In this document: piece after piece, positions 27,873 through 38,216 of the stretch
Position numbering within the stretch: position 1 is the stretch's first letter
How the letters are laid out: each line of letters opens with the position of its first letter
Assembly: GCA_022784065.1 (NCBI GenBank)
Contig: JALFUO010000047.1
Coordinates: forward strand, 1-62,446
From: Bacteroidales bacterium
GTDB taxonomy: Bacteria > Bacteroidota > Bacteroidia > Bacteroidales > Bacteroidaceae
Direction of reading: 5' to 3'
Length of the DNA stretch: 62,446 bases
Position numbers and translations under genes: made by a program
Notes under the pieces: generated by a model
What the model was told of the DNA's origin: nothing
Seen by the model: the letters and a program-made list of their open reading frames with translations, nothing else
Databases searched by the model: none

Positions 27873-28111
27873 AGGTATTAACTGCCTGGAAGGCAGTACG
27901 GAGCGAAGCGACGATAACCGGGCACGAAGTGCTCGGTGAATGCTATCGTGAAAATTCTGCCTGGAAGGCAGTACGCCTGTAGAAATGTTTAAAGATCATG
28001 TCCTGTGGCGTTGTGCATTCCAGGCACATCGTCTTCTCAACGCCTCACCGAGCACTTCGTGCCCGGTTATCATCGCTACGCTCTGTAGTGCCTTCCAGGC
28101 ACTTAACACCT
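27873..28111. mobile_element. Non-autonomous palindromic element (REPIN/MITE-like) with ~65-bp terminal IRs
   Basis: TGCCTGGAAGGCAGTAC..GATAACCGGGCACGAAGTGCTCGGTGA / TCACCGAGCACTTCGTGCCCGGTTATC..GTAGTGCCTTCCAGGCA; internal copies of TGCCTGGAAGGCA. Confidence 0.85.
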
Positions 28112-28180
28112 AAATCAACCAATGCGCATATAATAGCAATTTGCATTATTGAAGACTTAAAACTATAACTGAAAGCGTAT

Positions 28181-29569
28181 ATGAAAAAGTTTTTACTCTC
28201 TCTCTTTTCGCTGGTCTTTTCCGTCTGCACGCTTAACGCGGCAGAGGTGAGCTTTGCCATGCAAGACCTCACGTGGATGTCCGACACACACGCCGAGTAC
28301 GGCACGGGTTATCAGCTCACAGGCACAGCCGTCGCCGGCCTGCAAATCGGTTACTGGCAGGCCACGAGTGCTTACAAGCCTTCCACGGCGGTGGGCAGCT
28401 ACGTGCCCGTACAGCAAAACCATGTGATGACGCTTGCCACGGCATCGGGCGCAGACATCACGAAAGTCGTGGTGACCTGCCAAAAGCCCACGCGCACCTC
28501 GGGCATCTATTTCAACTCCGTGCTTATCGCCGCCTCCGGCTCTACGGTGACGTGGGAAGGCAACGCCGCCACGCTGAAAATGAAATTCAGCGGACTCTCC
28601 CACGTGACGAACATCACGATTGTCTACAACGACAGCCGAGTGGAACAAGTGGCACTGCCGACGTTCAGTCCCGAATCGGGCACGTATTTCGAGCCGTTCC
28701 TCTTCTCTGCCGAAACGGCCACAGAGGGCGCAACGATACAATATTCCATCGACGGCGGCGACTTCACCGCCTACACCGCCCCCTTTGAAATCAGCACCGC
28801 CTGCACCGTGCAAGTTAAGGCTGTGAAGGAAGGCTATGCCGACAGCGGCATCGCCGAGGCAACCTATAAGTTCCGCGTGCGCAGCGACGTGGCAAGCATC
28901 GCCGAAGCCCTGACCCACCTCGACACGGAAGAGGTGGTGCGCTTCACGAAACCCGTAATCGTGACCTATCAGAGCGAGAGTCAATTCTATACATACGTGC
29001 GCGATGAAAGCGGCAGCACGCTCATTGTCGGCATACTGCCCAAATATGAAAGCGGCGACTCAATCCCCGCCGGCTTCATGGGCAAGATGATCGACGACCA
29101 CAGCCAGCTGAAACTCACGACCAGCGTGAGCGAAGAGTTCAAGACGGGCGCTTCGTTCGGCGAAGCCATCAAGGGAACGGCTGCCGCCGCGCCCGAGGTG
29201 ATAAGCAAAACCTCTGACCCCGTGCCCGCCGACCAGAGTCGTTTCGTGGTGTTCAACATGGTGCTCTTCGATAACACGGAACTCTACATCTCCAACGGCA
29301 CGAAGCTCGCCATCACCAACTACTTCAACACTGCGCTGCCCGAGAGCGGCATGTACAACGTGGCGGGCATCCTCGCCGTGTGGAACGACATGGTAAGCTT
29401 TTACCCCACCGCCTTCTACGACCCGACAACGGGCATCGCCGCCACGCGCTTGGACGCTGGCGCAACGGCCGCCCCCGAAGTGTTCGACCTCAGCGGCCGC
29501 CGCACCACGATGAACGCCAAAGGCCTGAAGATCGTAAGGCAAGGCGGGAAAACGAAGAAGATGTTTTAG
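28181..29569 (+). CDS. Secreted protein with FN3-associated/chitobiase C-terminal-like domain and T9SS-type CTD
   Basis: Signal peptide; ALPTFSPESGTY..GATIQYSIDG..YTAPF..VKAV; C-terminal TGI..VFDLSGRR..KGLKIV. Confidence 0.7.
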   Translation: MKKFLLSLFSLVFSVCTLNAAEVSFAMQDLTWMSDTHAEYGTGYQLTGTAVAGLQIGYWQATSAYKPSTAVGSYVPVQQNHVMTLATASGADITKVVVTCQKPTRTSGIYFNSVLIAASGSTVTWEGNAATLKMKFSGLSHVTNITIVYNDSRVEQVALPTFSPESGTYFEPFLFSAETATEGATIQYSIDGGDFTAYTAPFEISTACTVQVKAVKEGYADSGIAEATYKFRVRSDVASIAEALTHLDTEEVVRFTKPVIVTYQSESQFYTYVRDESGSTLIVGILPKYESGDSIPAGFMGKMIDDHSQLKLTTSVSEEFKTGASFGEAIKGTAAAAPEVISKTSDPVPADQSRFVVFNMVLFDNTELYISNGTKLAITNYFNTALPESGMYNVAGILAVWNDMVSFYPTAFYDPTTGIAATRLDAGATAAPEVFDLSGRRTTMNAKGLKIVRQGGKTKKMF

Positions 29570-29724
29570 AATATAGCACATAACAGCAAGGCGTGCAACA
29601 TTTTTTTAGAATTTGCACGGCGGTCTGCGTTATTTTCCATAATTTTGCAGATACACATAATAAGTTTCTCATAAGGAAGCGTTATGTGTATCTGTTTTTT
29701 GTACAAAAAAATCATAAATAAGCA

Positions 29725-31275
29725 ATGTCTGAAAGAAAAGTACGCGTGCGCTTTGCGCCCAGTCCCACCGGTCCGCTGCACATCGGCGGCGTCCGCACAG
29801 CATTATACAACTACCTGTTTGCCCGCCAGAAGGGCGGCGAACTCGTGTTCCGCATCGAAGACACCGATTCCAACCGCTTCGTGCCCGGCGCAGAGGCTTA
29901 CATCATCGAAGCCTTCGGCTGGCTCGGCATCAAGTTTGACGAGGGCGTGAGCTTCGGCGGCAACTATGGTCCGTATCGGCAGAGCGAACGCCGCGACATT
30001 TATAAGAAATACGTGAAGCAGCTGCTCGACAGCGGCGCCGCCTACGTGGCGTTCGACACACCCGAGGAACTCGACGCGAAGCGCAAGGAGGTGGAAAACT
30101 TCCAGTACGACGCGCACACGCGCCTCGGCATGCGCAACCAGCTGACGCTGGGCGAAGAGGAAACACAAAGGCTCATCGCCGAAGGCACGCCCTACGTGGT
30201 GCGCTTCAAGATTGAACCGGGCGAAGAGGTGCACGTGAAGGACCTCATTCGCGGCGACGTGAAAATCATGTCGGACGTGCTCGACGACAAGGTGCTCTAC
30301 AAGAGCGCGGACGAACTGCCCACGTACCACCTCGCCAATATTGTGGACGACCATCTCATGGAAATCAGCCACGTGATACGCGGCGAGGAGTGGTTGCCCT
30401 CCGCACCGCTCCACGTGCTGCTTTACCGCGCTTTCGGCTGGGCAGACACGATGCCCGAGTTCGCCCATCTGCCGCTGCTGCTCAAGCCCGACGGCAAGGG
30501 CAAGCTCTCGAAGCGCGACGGCGACCGCCTCGGCTTCCCCGTGTTCCCGCTCGAATGGCACGACCCAAAGACGGGCGACGTGTCTTCCGGCTATCGCGAA
30601 AGCGGATATCTGCCCGAAGCGGTGATTAACTTCCTCGCCCTGCTCGGCTGGAACCCCGGCGGCGACCAGGAATTGCTTTCTATGGACGACCTCGTGCGCC
30701 TCTTCGACCTCACCAAGTGCTCGAAGAGCGGCGCTAAGTTCGATTACGTCAAGGGGCAGTGGTTCAACCGCGAATATCTGCTGGCACGCCCCGAGGCAGA
30801 GCTTGCGCCGGAGTTTGTACGCGTGTTTGCCGCCCACGGCATCGATGCCTCGGAAGAGCAGGCCGCAGCCGTGATTGCCATGATGAAGACAAAGAACATC
30901 GAAGTGGAAGAGGGCGGCGTGAAGAAAAAGCGCAGCATCAGTTTCGTGCGCGACTTCTATCCCCTCTGCGACTTCTTCTTCAAAGCCCCCGCCTACGACA
31001 AGGAGGATAAGTTTATCAAGAAAAACTGGAAAGACACCTCTTCCGCCGACATGCAGGAACTGGCCGCCGTGCTCGAAGGCCTCGCCGATTTCAGCGTAGA
31101 AAGCCAAAAGGCAGCCGTTGAGGCGTGGGTGGGCGAAACGGGCAAAAAGCCTTGGAACGCCTGGCGCGTTTGCCTCGTGGGCGAAGGCAAAGGCCCCGAT
31201 ATGTACGAACTGGCAGCTTTCCTCGGCAAAGAGGAGACGCTGCGCCGCATGAAAGCCGCATTAGAAGCATTATAA
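29725..31275 (+). CDS. gltX: Glutamate--tRNA ligase
   Basis: [25 protein letters not shown]. Confidence 0.98.
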   Translation: MSERKVRVRFAPSPTGPLHIGGVRTALYNYLFARQKGGELVFRIEDTDSNRFVPGAEAYIIEAFGWLGIKFDEGVSFGGNYGPYRQSERRDIYKKYVKQLLDSGAAYVAFDTPEELDAKRKEVENFQYDAHTRLGMRNQLTLGEEETQRLIAEGTPYVVRFKIEPGEEVHVKDLIRGDVKIMSDVLDDKVLYKSADELPTYHLANIVDDHLMEISHVIRGEEWLPSAPLHVLLYRAFGWADTMPEFAHLPLLLKPDGKGKLSKRDGDRLGFPVFPLEWHDPKTGDVSSGYRESGYLPEAVINFLALLGWNPGGDQELLSMDDLVRLFDLTKCSKSGAKFDYVKGQWFNREYLLARPEAELAPEFVRVFAAHGIDASEEQAAAVIAMMKTKNIEVEEGGVKKKRSISFVRDFYPLCDFFFKAPAYDKEDKFIKKNWKDTSSADMQELAAVLEGLADFSVESQKAAVEAWVGETGKKPWNAWRVCLVGEGKGPDMYELAAFLGKEETLRRMKAALEAL

Positions 31276-31283
31276 GATTTCGT

Positions 31284-32498
31284 ATGTACTCCCTCGGTAT
31301 TTATTTAATGGCACTCGGCGTGCGGGTGGCTGCGCTCTTCAAGGAGAAGCTGCGCAAGATGGTACAGGGACACCGCGCCACGTGGCAGATGCTACGCGCC
31401 CTCGGCGGCAAGGACACTTACGTGTGGTTTCACGCCGCCTCGCTCGGCGAGTTCGAGCAGGGCCGCCCGCTCATGGAACGCCTGCGCCGCGAGCACCCCG
31501 AAAAGAAAATACTGCTCACCTTTTTCTCGCCCTCGGGCTACGAGGTGCGCAAGAATTACGACGGCGCCGACCTCGTGTGCTACCTGCCTTTCGACACGCC
31601 CCTCAACGCGCGGCACTTTGTAAAACTCGCCCGCCCGGAGGCTGCCTTTTTCATCAAATACGAGTTTTGGCGCAACTACATCGAGGCGCTCTACAAGCGC
31701 GGCATACCTTGCTACAGCGTTTCGAGCATCTTCCGCGAAAACCAGATTTTCTTCCGCCCCTACGGCCGCGGCTACGCTCGCTGCCTGAGCCGTATGACGC
31801 ACCTGTTCGTGCAAAACGAAACCTCGCGCCGACTGCTCGAAAGCATAGGCGTGACGAATGTGGACGTGGTGGGCGATACGCGCTTCGACCGCGTGCTCGA
31901 CATTCGCAACGCCGCCAAGCCCCTGCCGCTGGCCGAACGCTTCGCGGGTTGCTGGAAGGTACTGGTGGCAGGCAGTTCGTGGCCGCAGGACGAGGAGATT
32001 ATCATTCCTTATTTCAACAAGCACCCCAACCTCAAGCTCGTGCTCGCGCCCCACGTGGTGAGCGAGGAGCACCTGCAAGCCATCGAGCGGCAGCTCACGC
32101 GCCCCGCGCTGCGCTACTCGAAAGCCACGCCGAAAGCGGTGGCGGAGGCCGACTGCCTGATTATCGACTGCTACGGCCTGCTCTCGTCCATTTACCGCTA
32201 CGCTTCCATGGCATACGTGGGCGGCGGTTTCGGCGTGGGCATTCACAATGTGCCCGAGGCGGCGGTGTACGGCATTCCCGTTATTATCGGCCCCAATAAT
32301 AAAAAGTTCCGTGAAGCGCAAGCCCTCCTGCGGTGCGGCGGGTGCAAGGAAATAGCCGGCGCGGCAGACTTTGAGCAGCTTATGGACGCTTGGCTCTCGG
32401 ACAAGGAAGCGCTTGCAACAGCCGGCAAAGCCGCCGGCAGCTACATAGCCGACAATGCCGGCGCAGCCGACCGCATTTTCAGCAATACCCTTCAATGA
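31284..32498 (+). CDS. waaA: 3-deoxy-D-manno-octulosonic acid transferase
   Basis: WFHAASLGEFEQ, YLPFD, GDTRFD, YVGGGF..HNVPE; start at MYSLG. Confidence 0.92.
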   Translation: MYSLGIYLMALGVRVAALFKEKLRKMVQGHRATWQMLRALGGKDTYVWFHAASLGEFEQGRPLMERLRREHPEKKILLTFFSPSGYEVRKNYDGADLVCYLPFDTPLNARHFVKLARPEAAFFIKYEFWRNYIEALYKRGIPCYSVSSIFRENQIFFRPYGRGYARCLSRMTHLFVQNETSRRLLESIGVTNVDVVGDTRFDRVLDIRNAAKPLPLAERFAGCWKVLVAGSSWPQDEEIIIPYFNKHPNLKLVLAPHVVSEEHLQAIERQLTRPALRYSKATPKAVAEADCLIIDCYGLLSSIYRYASMAYVGGGFGVGIHNVPEAAVYGIPVIIGPNNKKFREAQALLRCGGCKEIAGAADFEQLMDAWLSDKEALATAGKAAGSYIADNAGAADRIFSNTLQ

Positions 32499-33751
32499 AA
32501 ATCCTTTTAGTAAATACCTCCGACCACAAAGGCGGCGCAGCCATTGCCGCCATGCGGTTGCTGGAAGCCTTGCGCAAGAACGGTCAAGAGGCTACGCTGC
32601 TGTGCCGCGACAAAGGCACGGGGGAAGAAGGAGTTGTGGGCTTGCCTGAAAGCCGCCGGCAGCAGTTGCGCTTCATTGCCGAACGCGCGGAAATCTTTGC
32701 GGCGAACGGCTTCAGCCGGAAAAATCTCTTTGCCATAGACACTGCCGCCCACGGCACGGACATCACGCGCCTGCCGCTATTCAAAGAGGCCGACGTGATA
32801 CATCTGCACTGGATCAATCAGGCGATGCTGTCGCTCAGCGACCTCAAAAAGATTTTCAATTCGGGAAAGAAAGTCGTGTGGACGCTCCACGATATGTGGC
32901 CCGTGACGGGTATCTGCCACCACGCGCAAACTTGCGACCGCTGGCTGGCCGACTGCGGTAACTGCCGCCTGCTGAAACGCCCCGCGTCCCGCGATATTTC
33001 TTACCGCATCTTCCATAAAAAGCAAAAGATTTACGCTGCCGCGCGCAACCTCGCCTTCGTGGGGTGCAGCCGCTGGCTCACAGACTTGGCACGCCGCTCG
33101 CCGCTCACCGCAGGCCACGAGGTGTGCAACATTCCCAATCCCATCGACACCGATTTCTACGCGCCGCAGCCTGCCGCTGCCGCCCGTGAGGCTCTTGGGC
33201 TGCCCGCCGAGGGAAAGTTGCTGCTGTTTGTCGCCTTTAAGGCCACCGACCCTGGCAAGGGCATTGCCTTTCTGCGAGAGGCTGTGGATATTATTGCCAA
33301 GGAAAACAAGGAACTCGCCGCCACGCTCGGCGTGGTCATTGTGGGCAAAGAGGCAGAGCGTGCCGCCGAGGGTTTCGCCTGCCGCACCTATCCCTTGGGG
33401 TATGTCACGGACAAGGAAAAAATGCGCACGATTTATCAAGCGATTGATGTCCTGACGATGCCCACGCTCATGGACAACCTGCCCAACACGATTGTCGAGG
33501 CGCAAGCCTGCGGCAAACCCTGCGTGGGGTTCAACGTGGGCGGCCTGCCGGAGATGATTGCCAACGGACTGAACGGTATGCTCGTCCCCACGGGCAACGC
33601 ACAGGAACTGGCGCAAGGCATCGCCTCCGTGCTTTCCACAAAGAGCTACGACGCACTCAGCCGCAACGCACGCGCCGCAGCCGTGAGCAATTATTCGCAA
33701 AAAGCCGTGGCAGAGAAATATATTGCCGTTTATAATGGCACAGACAAGTAA
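32495..33751 (+). CDS. GT4 family glycosyltransferase
   Basis: GGAAIAA, VWTLHDMW, DNLPNTIVEAQACGKP; ATGA overlap with waaA. Confidence 0.9.
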   Translation: MKILLVNTSDHKGGAAIAAMRLLEALRKNGQEATLLCRDKGTGEEGVVGLPESRRQQLRFIAERAEIFAANGFSRKNLFAIDTAAHGTDITRLPLFKEADVIHLHWINQAMLSLSDLKKIFNSGKKVVWTLHDMWPVTGICHHAQTCDRWLADCGNCRLLKRPASRDISYRIFHKKQKIYAAARNLAFVGCSRWLTDLARRSPLTAGHEVCNIPNPIDTDFYAPQPAAAAREALGLPAEGKLLLFVAFKATDPGKGIAFLREAVDIIAKENKELAATLGVVIVGKEAERAAEGFACRTYPLGYVTDKEKMRTIYQAIDVLTMPTLMDNLPNTIVEAQACGKPCVGFNVGGLPEMIANGLNGMLVPTGNAQELAQGIASVLSTKSYDALSRNARAAAVSNYSQKAVAEKYIAVYNGTDK

Positions 33752-33768
33752 AAGATAATCACCCAATA

Positions 33769-34554
33769 ATGAAGCCTCCGCTTAAAATATCTGTCATCAC
33801 CGTTACCTACAACGCCGCCAACCTTATCGCCAAAACAATAAGCAGCGTGGAGGAACAAACCTACGATGCCGTGGAACACATTATTATCGACGGCAATTCG
33901 CAAGACAGCACACTTTCTGAAATCCATCATTATCAAGAACGCAACAGCCGCACGGAGCACCCGCGCGAAATAGTATGCCGCAGCGAGCCCGACCGAGGTA
34001 TCTACGATGCCATGAACAAAGGCTTGGAACTCGCCACGGGCAAATATCTGCTGTTTCTCAACGCCGGCGACCGTTTCCACACGCCCGACACGCTTGCACA
34101 GATTGCTGCCGTGGCAGAAAAGGGCGACAAATTGCCTGCCGTGATTTACGGCGACACGCACATCGTCGATGCCGCCGGCAACTTCCTGCACCGCCGCCGC
34201 CTCTCGCCGCCCCCGCGCCTCACGTGGCGGTCGTTCCAGAGCGGCATGCTGGTGTGCCATCAGGCATTCTTCGCCCGCCGCGACATCGCGCAGAAAACGC
34301 CTTACGACCTGCACTTCCGCTTCTCGGCCGACTTTGACTGGTGCATTCGCGTGATGCGCGCCGCCCACCGCCGCAAGCTCCCCTTGGCAAATGCCGGCCT
34401 CGTGGTGGCTGACTATCTCAACGAGGGCACCACCACGCGCCACCACAAGGCCTCCCTGCGCGAGCGGTTCCGCATCATGGAGAAATATTACGGACTGATG
34501 CCCACGCTGGCTTACCACTTATGGTTTCTTGTCCGCAATTTCATTAAAAAGTAA
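33769..34554 (+). CDS. GT2 family glycosyltransferase
   Basis: ISVITVTYNA, IDGNSQD, SEPDRGIYDAMNKG, FLNAGD. Confidence 0.92.
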   Translation: MKPPLKISVITVTYNAANLIAKTISSVEEQTYDAVEHIIIDGNSQDSTLSEIHHYQERNSRTEHPREIVCRSEPDRGIYDAMNKGLELATGKYLLFLNAGDRFHTPDTLAQIAAVAEKGDKLPAVIYGDTHIVDAAGNFLHRRRLSPPPRLTWRSFQSGMLVCHQAFFARRDIAQKTPYDLHFRFSADFDWCIRVMRAAHRRKLPLANAGLVVADYLNEGTTTRHHKASLRERFRIMEKYYGLMPTLAYHLWFLVRNFIKK

Positions 34555-34581
34555 AAGCGCGGGGCACACAATATTATATAT

Positions 34582-35055
34582 ATGTACAGGTCAAAGAAAT
34601 TATCTCCCGAAGAGGCTTACCGCCAGGCAAGCGGCGAATGTGCGCGGCGCGAAACGTGCCGCGCTCATTGGTACAGGAAGTTTATCGCCGCAGGACTTTC
34701 GCCTTTGGAAGCCGATGACGTGCTCGGCCGCCTCGAGCGCGAGGGTTTTATTGACGAGACGCGTTATGCCCGCGCCTATGTGAGCGACCATTACCGCTTT
34801 TCGCAATGGGGGCGCGAGAAGCTGCGCCACATGCTTTGCGCCGATGGCATCGCCTCTTCTATTATTGAGGAAGCCCTAAAAGAGATTGACGAAGACGTAT
34901 ATCGCGAAAACCTTAAAAGCCTTTTAGAGAAGAAAATTCGTTCCGCAGGCACCGACGACCCGCGCACACTCACCCGCAAGGCAGTGTCCTACGCCGCCGC
35001 CCGAGGCTACGAGGCCGACCTTATTTTTGAGATTTTCAAGGACATTTATTGCTAA
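34582..35055 (+). CDS. recX: Regulatory protein RecX
   Basis: L..EGFIDETRYARAYV, WGREKL, RGY. Confidence 0.85.
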   Translation: MYRSKKLSPEEAYRQASGECARRETCRAHWYRKFIAAGLSPLEADDVLGRLEREGFIDETRYARAYVSDHYRFSQWGREKLRHMLCADGIASSIIEEALKEIDEDVYRENLKSLLEKKIRSAGTDDPRTLTRKAVSYAAARGYEADLIFEIFKDIYC

Positions 35056-35172
35056 TAGTAAAAGCAAAAACGCCTTTTTCTTATATAAAAGTTTGCCAAA
35101 GGTCAGATTTTTTATACTTTTGCACGTATTCTAAAATAAAAACTAAACAAAATCACATAAAACAATCTCCGT

Positions 35173-38091
35173 ATGAAACAGAAATTACTTCTTTTCTTCT
35201 GCTTCCTGTTCGCTGCGTTGCTCAAGGCTTCTGCCGATGAGCTGTATTACGATCAGGATTTTGACCAAGCCGCCGACTACGCCGAAGGCAATTACGTGCC
35301 CGAAGGCTGGTTATCGGAAGGCACGCTTGCGCTTTATCGCCAAAAGGCTTCCGATATGGGTATCTCTGCACACTCGGGCAGTTACGTGTTCGGCAATATG
35401 GGCAGCTATATGGGCGTGCGCGATGAAATAGTCTACACGCCGGGCTTCACGCTTGCCGCAGGTAAGGCCTGCACGTTCAGCTTTTGGCTTTACGCGCCGG
35501 GCGGCAGTCCCGCTTCCTTACGCAACACGCAGATTAAAGTGACGGCCGGCACGGCGCAGACCAAGGAAGCGCAAACCGTAGAACTTGGCCAAACGCCGAA
35601 GCAGGCGCACAGCACGTGGACGAAGTATTCCTTTGAATTTACCCCCGAGACGGAAGGCGAATATTTCTTTGCGCTCCATCTTGTCACCACTATTTCGCAG
35701 AGCGGTTTGGTGGCTTTCGACGACATCGTCGTTGAAGGCGAAACGCCCGCCGCACCCGTACCCACTGGCGAACTGCAAGAACTTTCCGCCGCCTATGCCG
35801 ACGGCTTCGATTTCGCCGCTCCTTATACTTATAAGGGAGAAGCCATTGTGAGTTATGTGAATGCCGCTGCCGGCGTGGCTTATCTGCAAGACGTTACGGC
35901 TGGTGCCAAACTCCTCTTCCCCGCTGCCGCCGCCCCGAAAGCCGGCGACAAGATCAGCGACCTAGGCTGCACGCTCGCCCTCGCCGACGGCGTGCTCACG
36001 ATGACCATTCCCGCCGATGCCGCCGCGCCCGCCTTCACCACTGTGTCCGAAGGCAATGCGCTTCCCGCGCAGCCCGTCACCCTCGAAGCCCTCGCAGCCG
36101 AGCCGCAGCTCTATGCCGGCAAACTTATTGCCGTGGACAACGTAACGTTCAGCAACATCGAGGCAGGCGACGTGTTTGAAGAAGGATTAGACTATACGCT
36201 TACCGATGGCACGTCCTCCATCGCTCTCGGTTTCCTGCCCGGTGATGCGCTCTACGATGAGGGTATTCCCACCGAAGTGCTCAAAGTGACGGGTATCGCC
36301 CTGAGCGGCACGACTGCCACGATTGCGCCGCGCACGCTCGAGGATATGCAGAAATACACCGCGCCCATTGTCCACGATACGAAGGAACTGCCCTACCAGC
36401 AGTCGTTCGACAATGAAAACGAAGACTACGACGGCACGTCGCAGCTGCCTACGGGCTGGGCTTGCACGGGTACCGTGCCGTTTGTTACCGCCAACATGGA
36501 CGGACTGCTCGCCCACGGCGGCACTTATTACCTCATCACGCCCGAGGGTTCCTTCTTGCGCGACGAACGCCTCTACACGCCGTTCTTCGACATGGAAGCC
36601 GGCAAGACGTATGTGTACAGCTTCTATCTCTACCTCCCGGGCAAGGTGTCGCTCGGCGCGCTGCAGCCCACCAACGTTACGGTAACCGTGGGCAACGACC
36701 AGGAGAGCAGCGCACAGACCACCACGCTCCTCACGCTCAACGGGCAGAGCCTTACGAGCTGGACGAAGCAGGAAGTGAAGTTTGTGCCGATGGTAAGCGG
36801 CCAGTACTGCTTTGCCGTCAATCTTTCCTCTGACAGCCCCTCGTGCGGCGACATTGCCATCGACGACGTGACGGTGTTTGAAGAAGGCTCCGTAATGCGC
36901 CCCACCGCCGAGTTTGGCATACCTGCCTGGTACGACGTATTCGAGTCGCGCCTCTGCGTGTTCCGTGGCACTGCCGTGCAAATGATTAACCTCTCCACCG
37001 AAGCCACAGAATACGAGTGGAGCATTCCCGGCGCGAACCCCGCAACCTCTACCGCAAAGAACCCCTCTTTCTATTTCCCCGAGGAGGGCACGTATACCAT
37101 CACGCTGACCGCCAAGAACAGCCGTTTCAGCAAGACCACGACGAAAGAAGTAAAGGTTTACTTCCCCACCGACGAGGGTCAACTTGGTCTGATGAACTAC
37201 AATCCCAGCGAGGATAAGATGATCAGTTATTTTGATGAAATGCCCACTTATCCCACCGACCCTGAATTTGACTACATTTCCGGTTTCAACCACTACTATT
37301 ACCGTTACGCCCAGCGCTACGCCCTGCCTGCGGAGACCAAGATGACTATTTCGAACATCTCTACCTGGCTCGTGGCTTACTCGCGTATGTCGGCCTACAC
37401 TGCCGAAGAGCGCAACTGGCCCTTCACCATTTCTTTCTATGGCGAGACTGACGGCAAACTGGACGAGACCAAGTGCTTCGGCCGCAAGATTTCCACGCTC
37501 GTAGACGAGTTCGGCAACGTGGGCATCGGCTACGAGCATCCCAAGATGTGGGGCTTCAGTCTCGAAAGCAACCCCATCACGGTGCAGGGCAACTTCTACG
37601 TAGCGTTTGAATATGACCCGCAAATCCCCATCGACTCTCCCGACCCCAACATCACGCGCTCTTACATTGCGCTCAGCCTTGCGCAGAGCCGTCTGCCGCA
37701 GTCGAACATGTACGTTTATCCCACTTCGGGTCCCGAAGGATTTACCAAGACCAACCAGTGGTGCAGCCTCAACGAGTTCGACGCTTCAAAGGCCGGCTAC
37801 AGCCTCGCCCTCATCTTATGGGCAAATGCCGAGGGTGCCACAGCCCCGAGCGGCATTATGGCTATCGGCCCTGACGGCAAGCCTGCCTTTGCAGCCCGTC
37901 CCTGCGGCGAAAGCCTCAACATAAGCGGCACGGAAGCCGGCGAACGCCTCACGCTCTTCGATGCCGGCGGCCGCCTCGTGCGCACCGCTGCAGCCGAAGC
38001 CGGCGCCACGCAAATCAGCCTCGGCGGATTGAGCGCAGGTACATATATTATTATGTCGTCGAAAGGCGCAGTGAAATTTGTGAAAAAATAA
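35173..38091 (+). CDS. Large T9SS-type secreted adhesin-like protein (two cleaved-adhesin/MAM-like domains, PKD)
   Basis: Signal peptide; two repeats (F..P.GW..AH.G.Y..RDE..YTP.F..FSF.LY.PG..WTK..G.Y.FA..DD); PKD YEWSIPG..NPS..GTYTITLTAKN; CTD LFDAGGRLV..GTYII. Confidence 0.72.
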   Translation: MKQKLLLFFCFLFAALLKASADELYYDQDFDQAADYAEGNYVPEGWLSEGTLALYRQKASDMGISAHSGSYVFGNMGSYMGVRDEIVYTPGFTLAAGKACTFSFWLYAPGGSPASLRNTQIKVTAGTAQTKEAQTVELGQTPKQAHSTWTKYSFEFTPETEGEYFFALHLVTTISQSGLVAFDDIVVEGETPAAPVPTGELQELSAAYADGFDFAAPYTYKGEAIVSYVNAAAGVAYLQDVTAGAKLLFPAAAAPKAGDKISDLGCTLALADGVLTMTIPADAAAPAFTTVSEGNALPAQPVTLEALAAEPQLYAGKLIAVDNVTFSNIEAGDVFEEGLDYTLTDGTSSIALGFLPGDALYDEGIPTEVLKVTGIALSGTTATIAPRTLEDMQKYTAPIVHDTKELPYQQSFDNENEDYDGTSQLPTGWACTGTVPFVTANMDGLLAHGGTYYLITPEGSFLRDERLYTPFFDMEAGKTYVYSFYLYLPGKVSLGALQPTNVTVTVGNDQESSAQTTTLLTLNGQSLTSWTKQEVKFVPMVSGQYCFAVNLSSDSPSCGDIAIDDVTVFEEGSVMRPTAEFGIPAWYDVFESRLCVFRGTAVQMINLSTEATEYEWSIPGANPATSTAKNPSFYFPEEGTYTITLTAKNSRFSKTTTKEVKVYFPTDEGQLGLMNYNPSEDKMISYFDEMPTYPTDPEFDYISGFNHYYYRYAQRYALPAETKMTISNISTWLVAYSRMSAYTAEERNWPFTISFYGETDGKLDETKCFGRKISTLVDEFGNVGIGYEHPKMWGFSLESNPITVQGNFYVAFEYDPQIPIDSPDPNITRSYIALSLAQSRLPQSNMYVYPTSGPEGFTKTNQWCSLNEFDASKAGYSLALILWANAEGATAPSGIMAIGPDGKPAFAARPCGESLNISGTEAGERLTLFDAGGRLVRTAAAEAGATQISLGGLSAGTYIIMSSKGAVKFVKK

Positions 38092-38104
38092 AGTATTAAT
38101 TTAT

Positions 38105-38204
38105 TAGTAAACAAGTAGACGAGTTTACAAGTAAACAAGACAGGTCACTATTATAAATAATCAATTCTGTCTCGTTTACTCGTCTACTTGTTTACTCGTT
38201 TACT
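38105..38204. repeat. 8-bp-period inverted-repeat element
   Basis: TAGTAAACAAGTAGACGAGTTTACAAGTAAACAAGAC...GTCTCGTTTACTCGTCTACTTGTTTACTCGTTTACT. Confidence 0.9.
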
Positions 38205-38216
38205 CAAAATTAAGCT

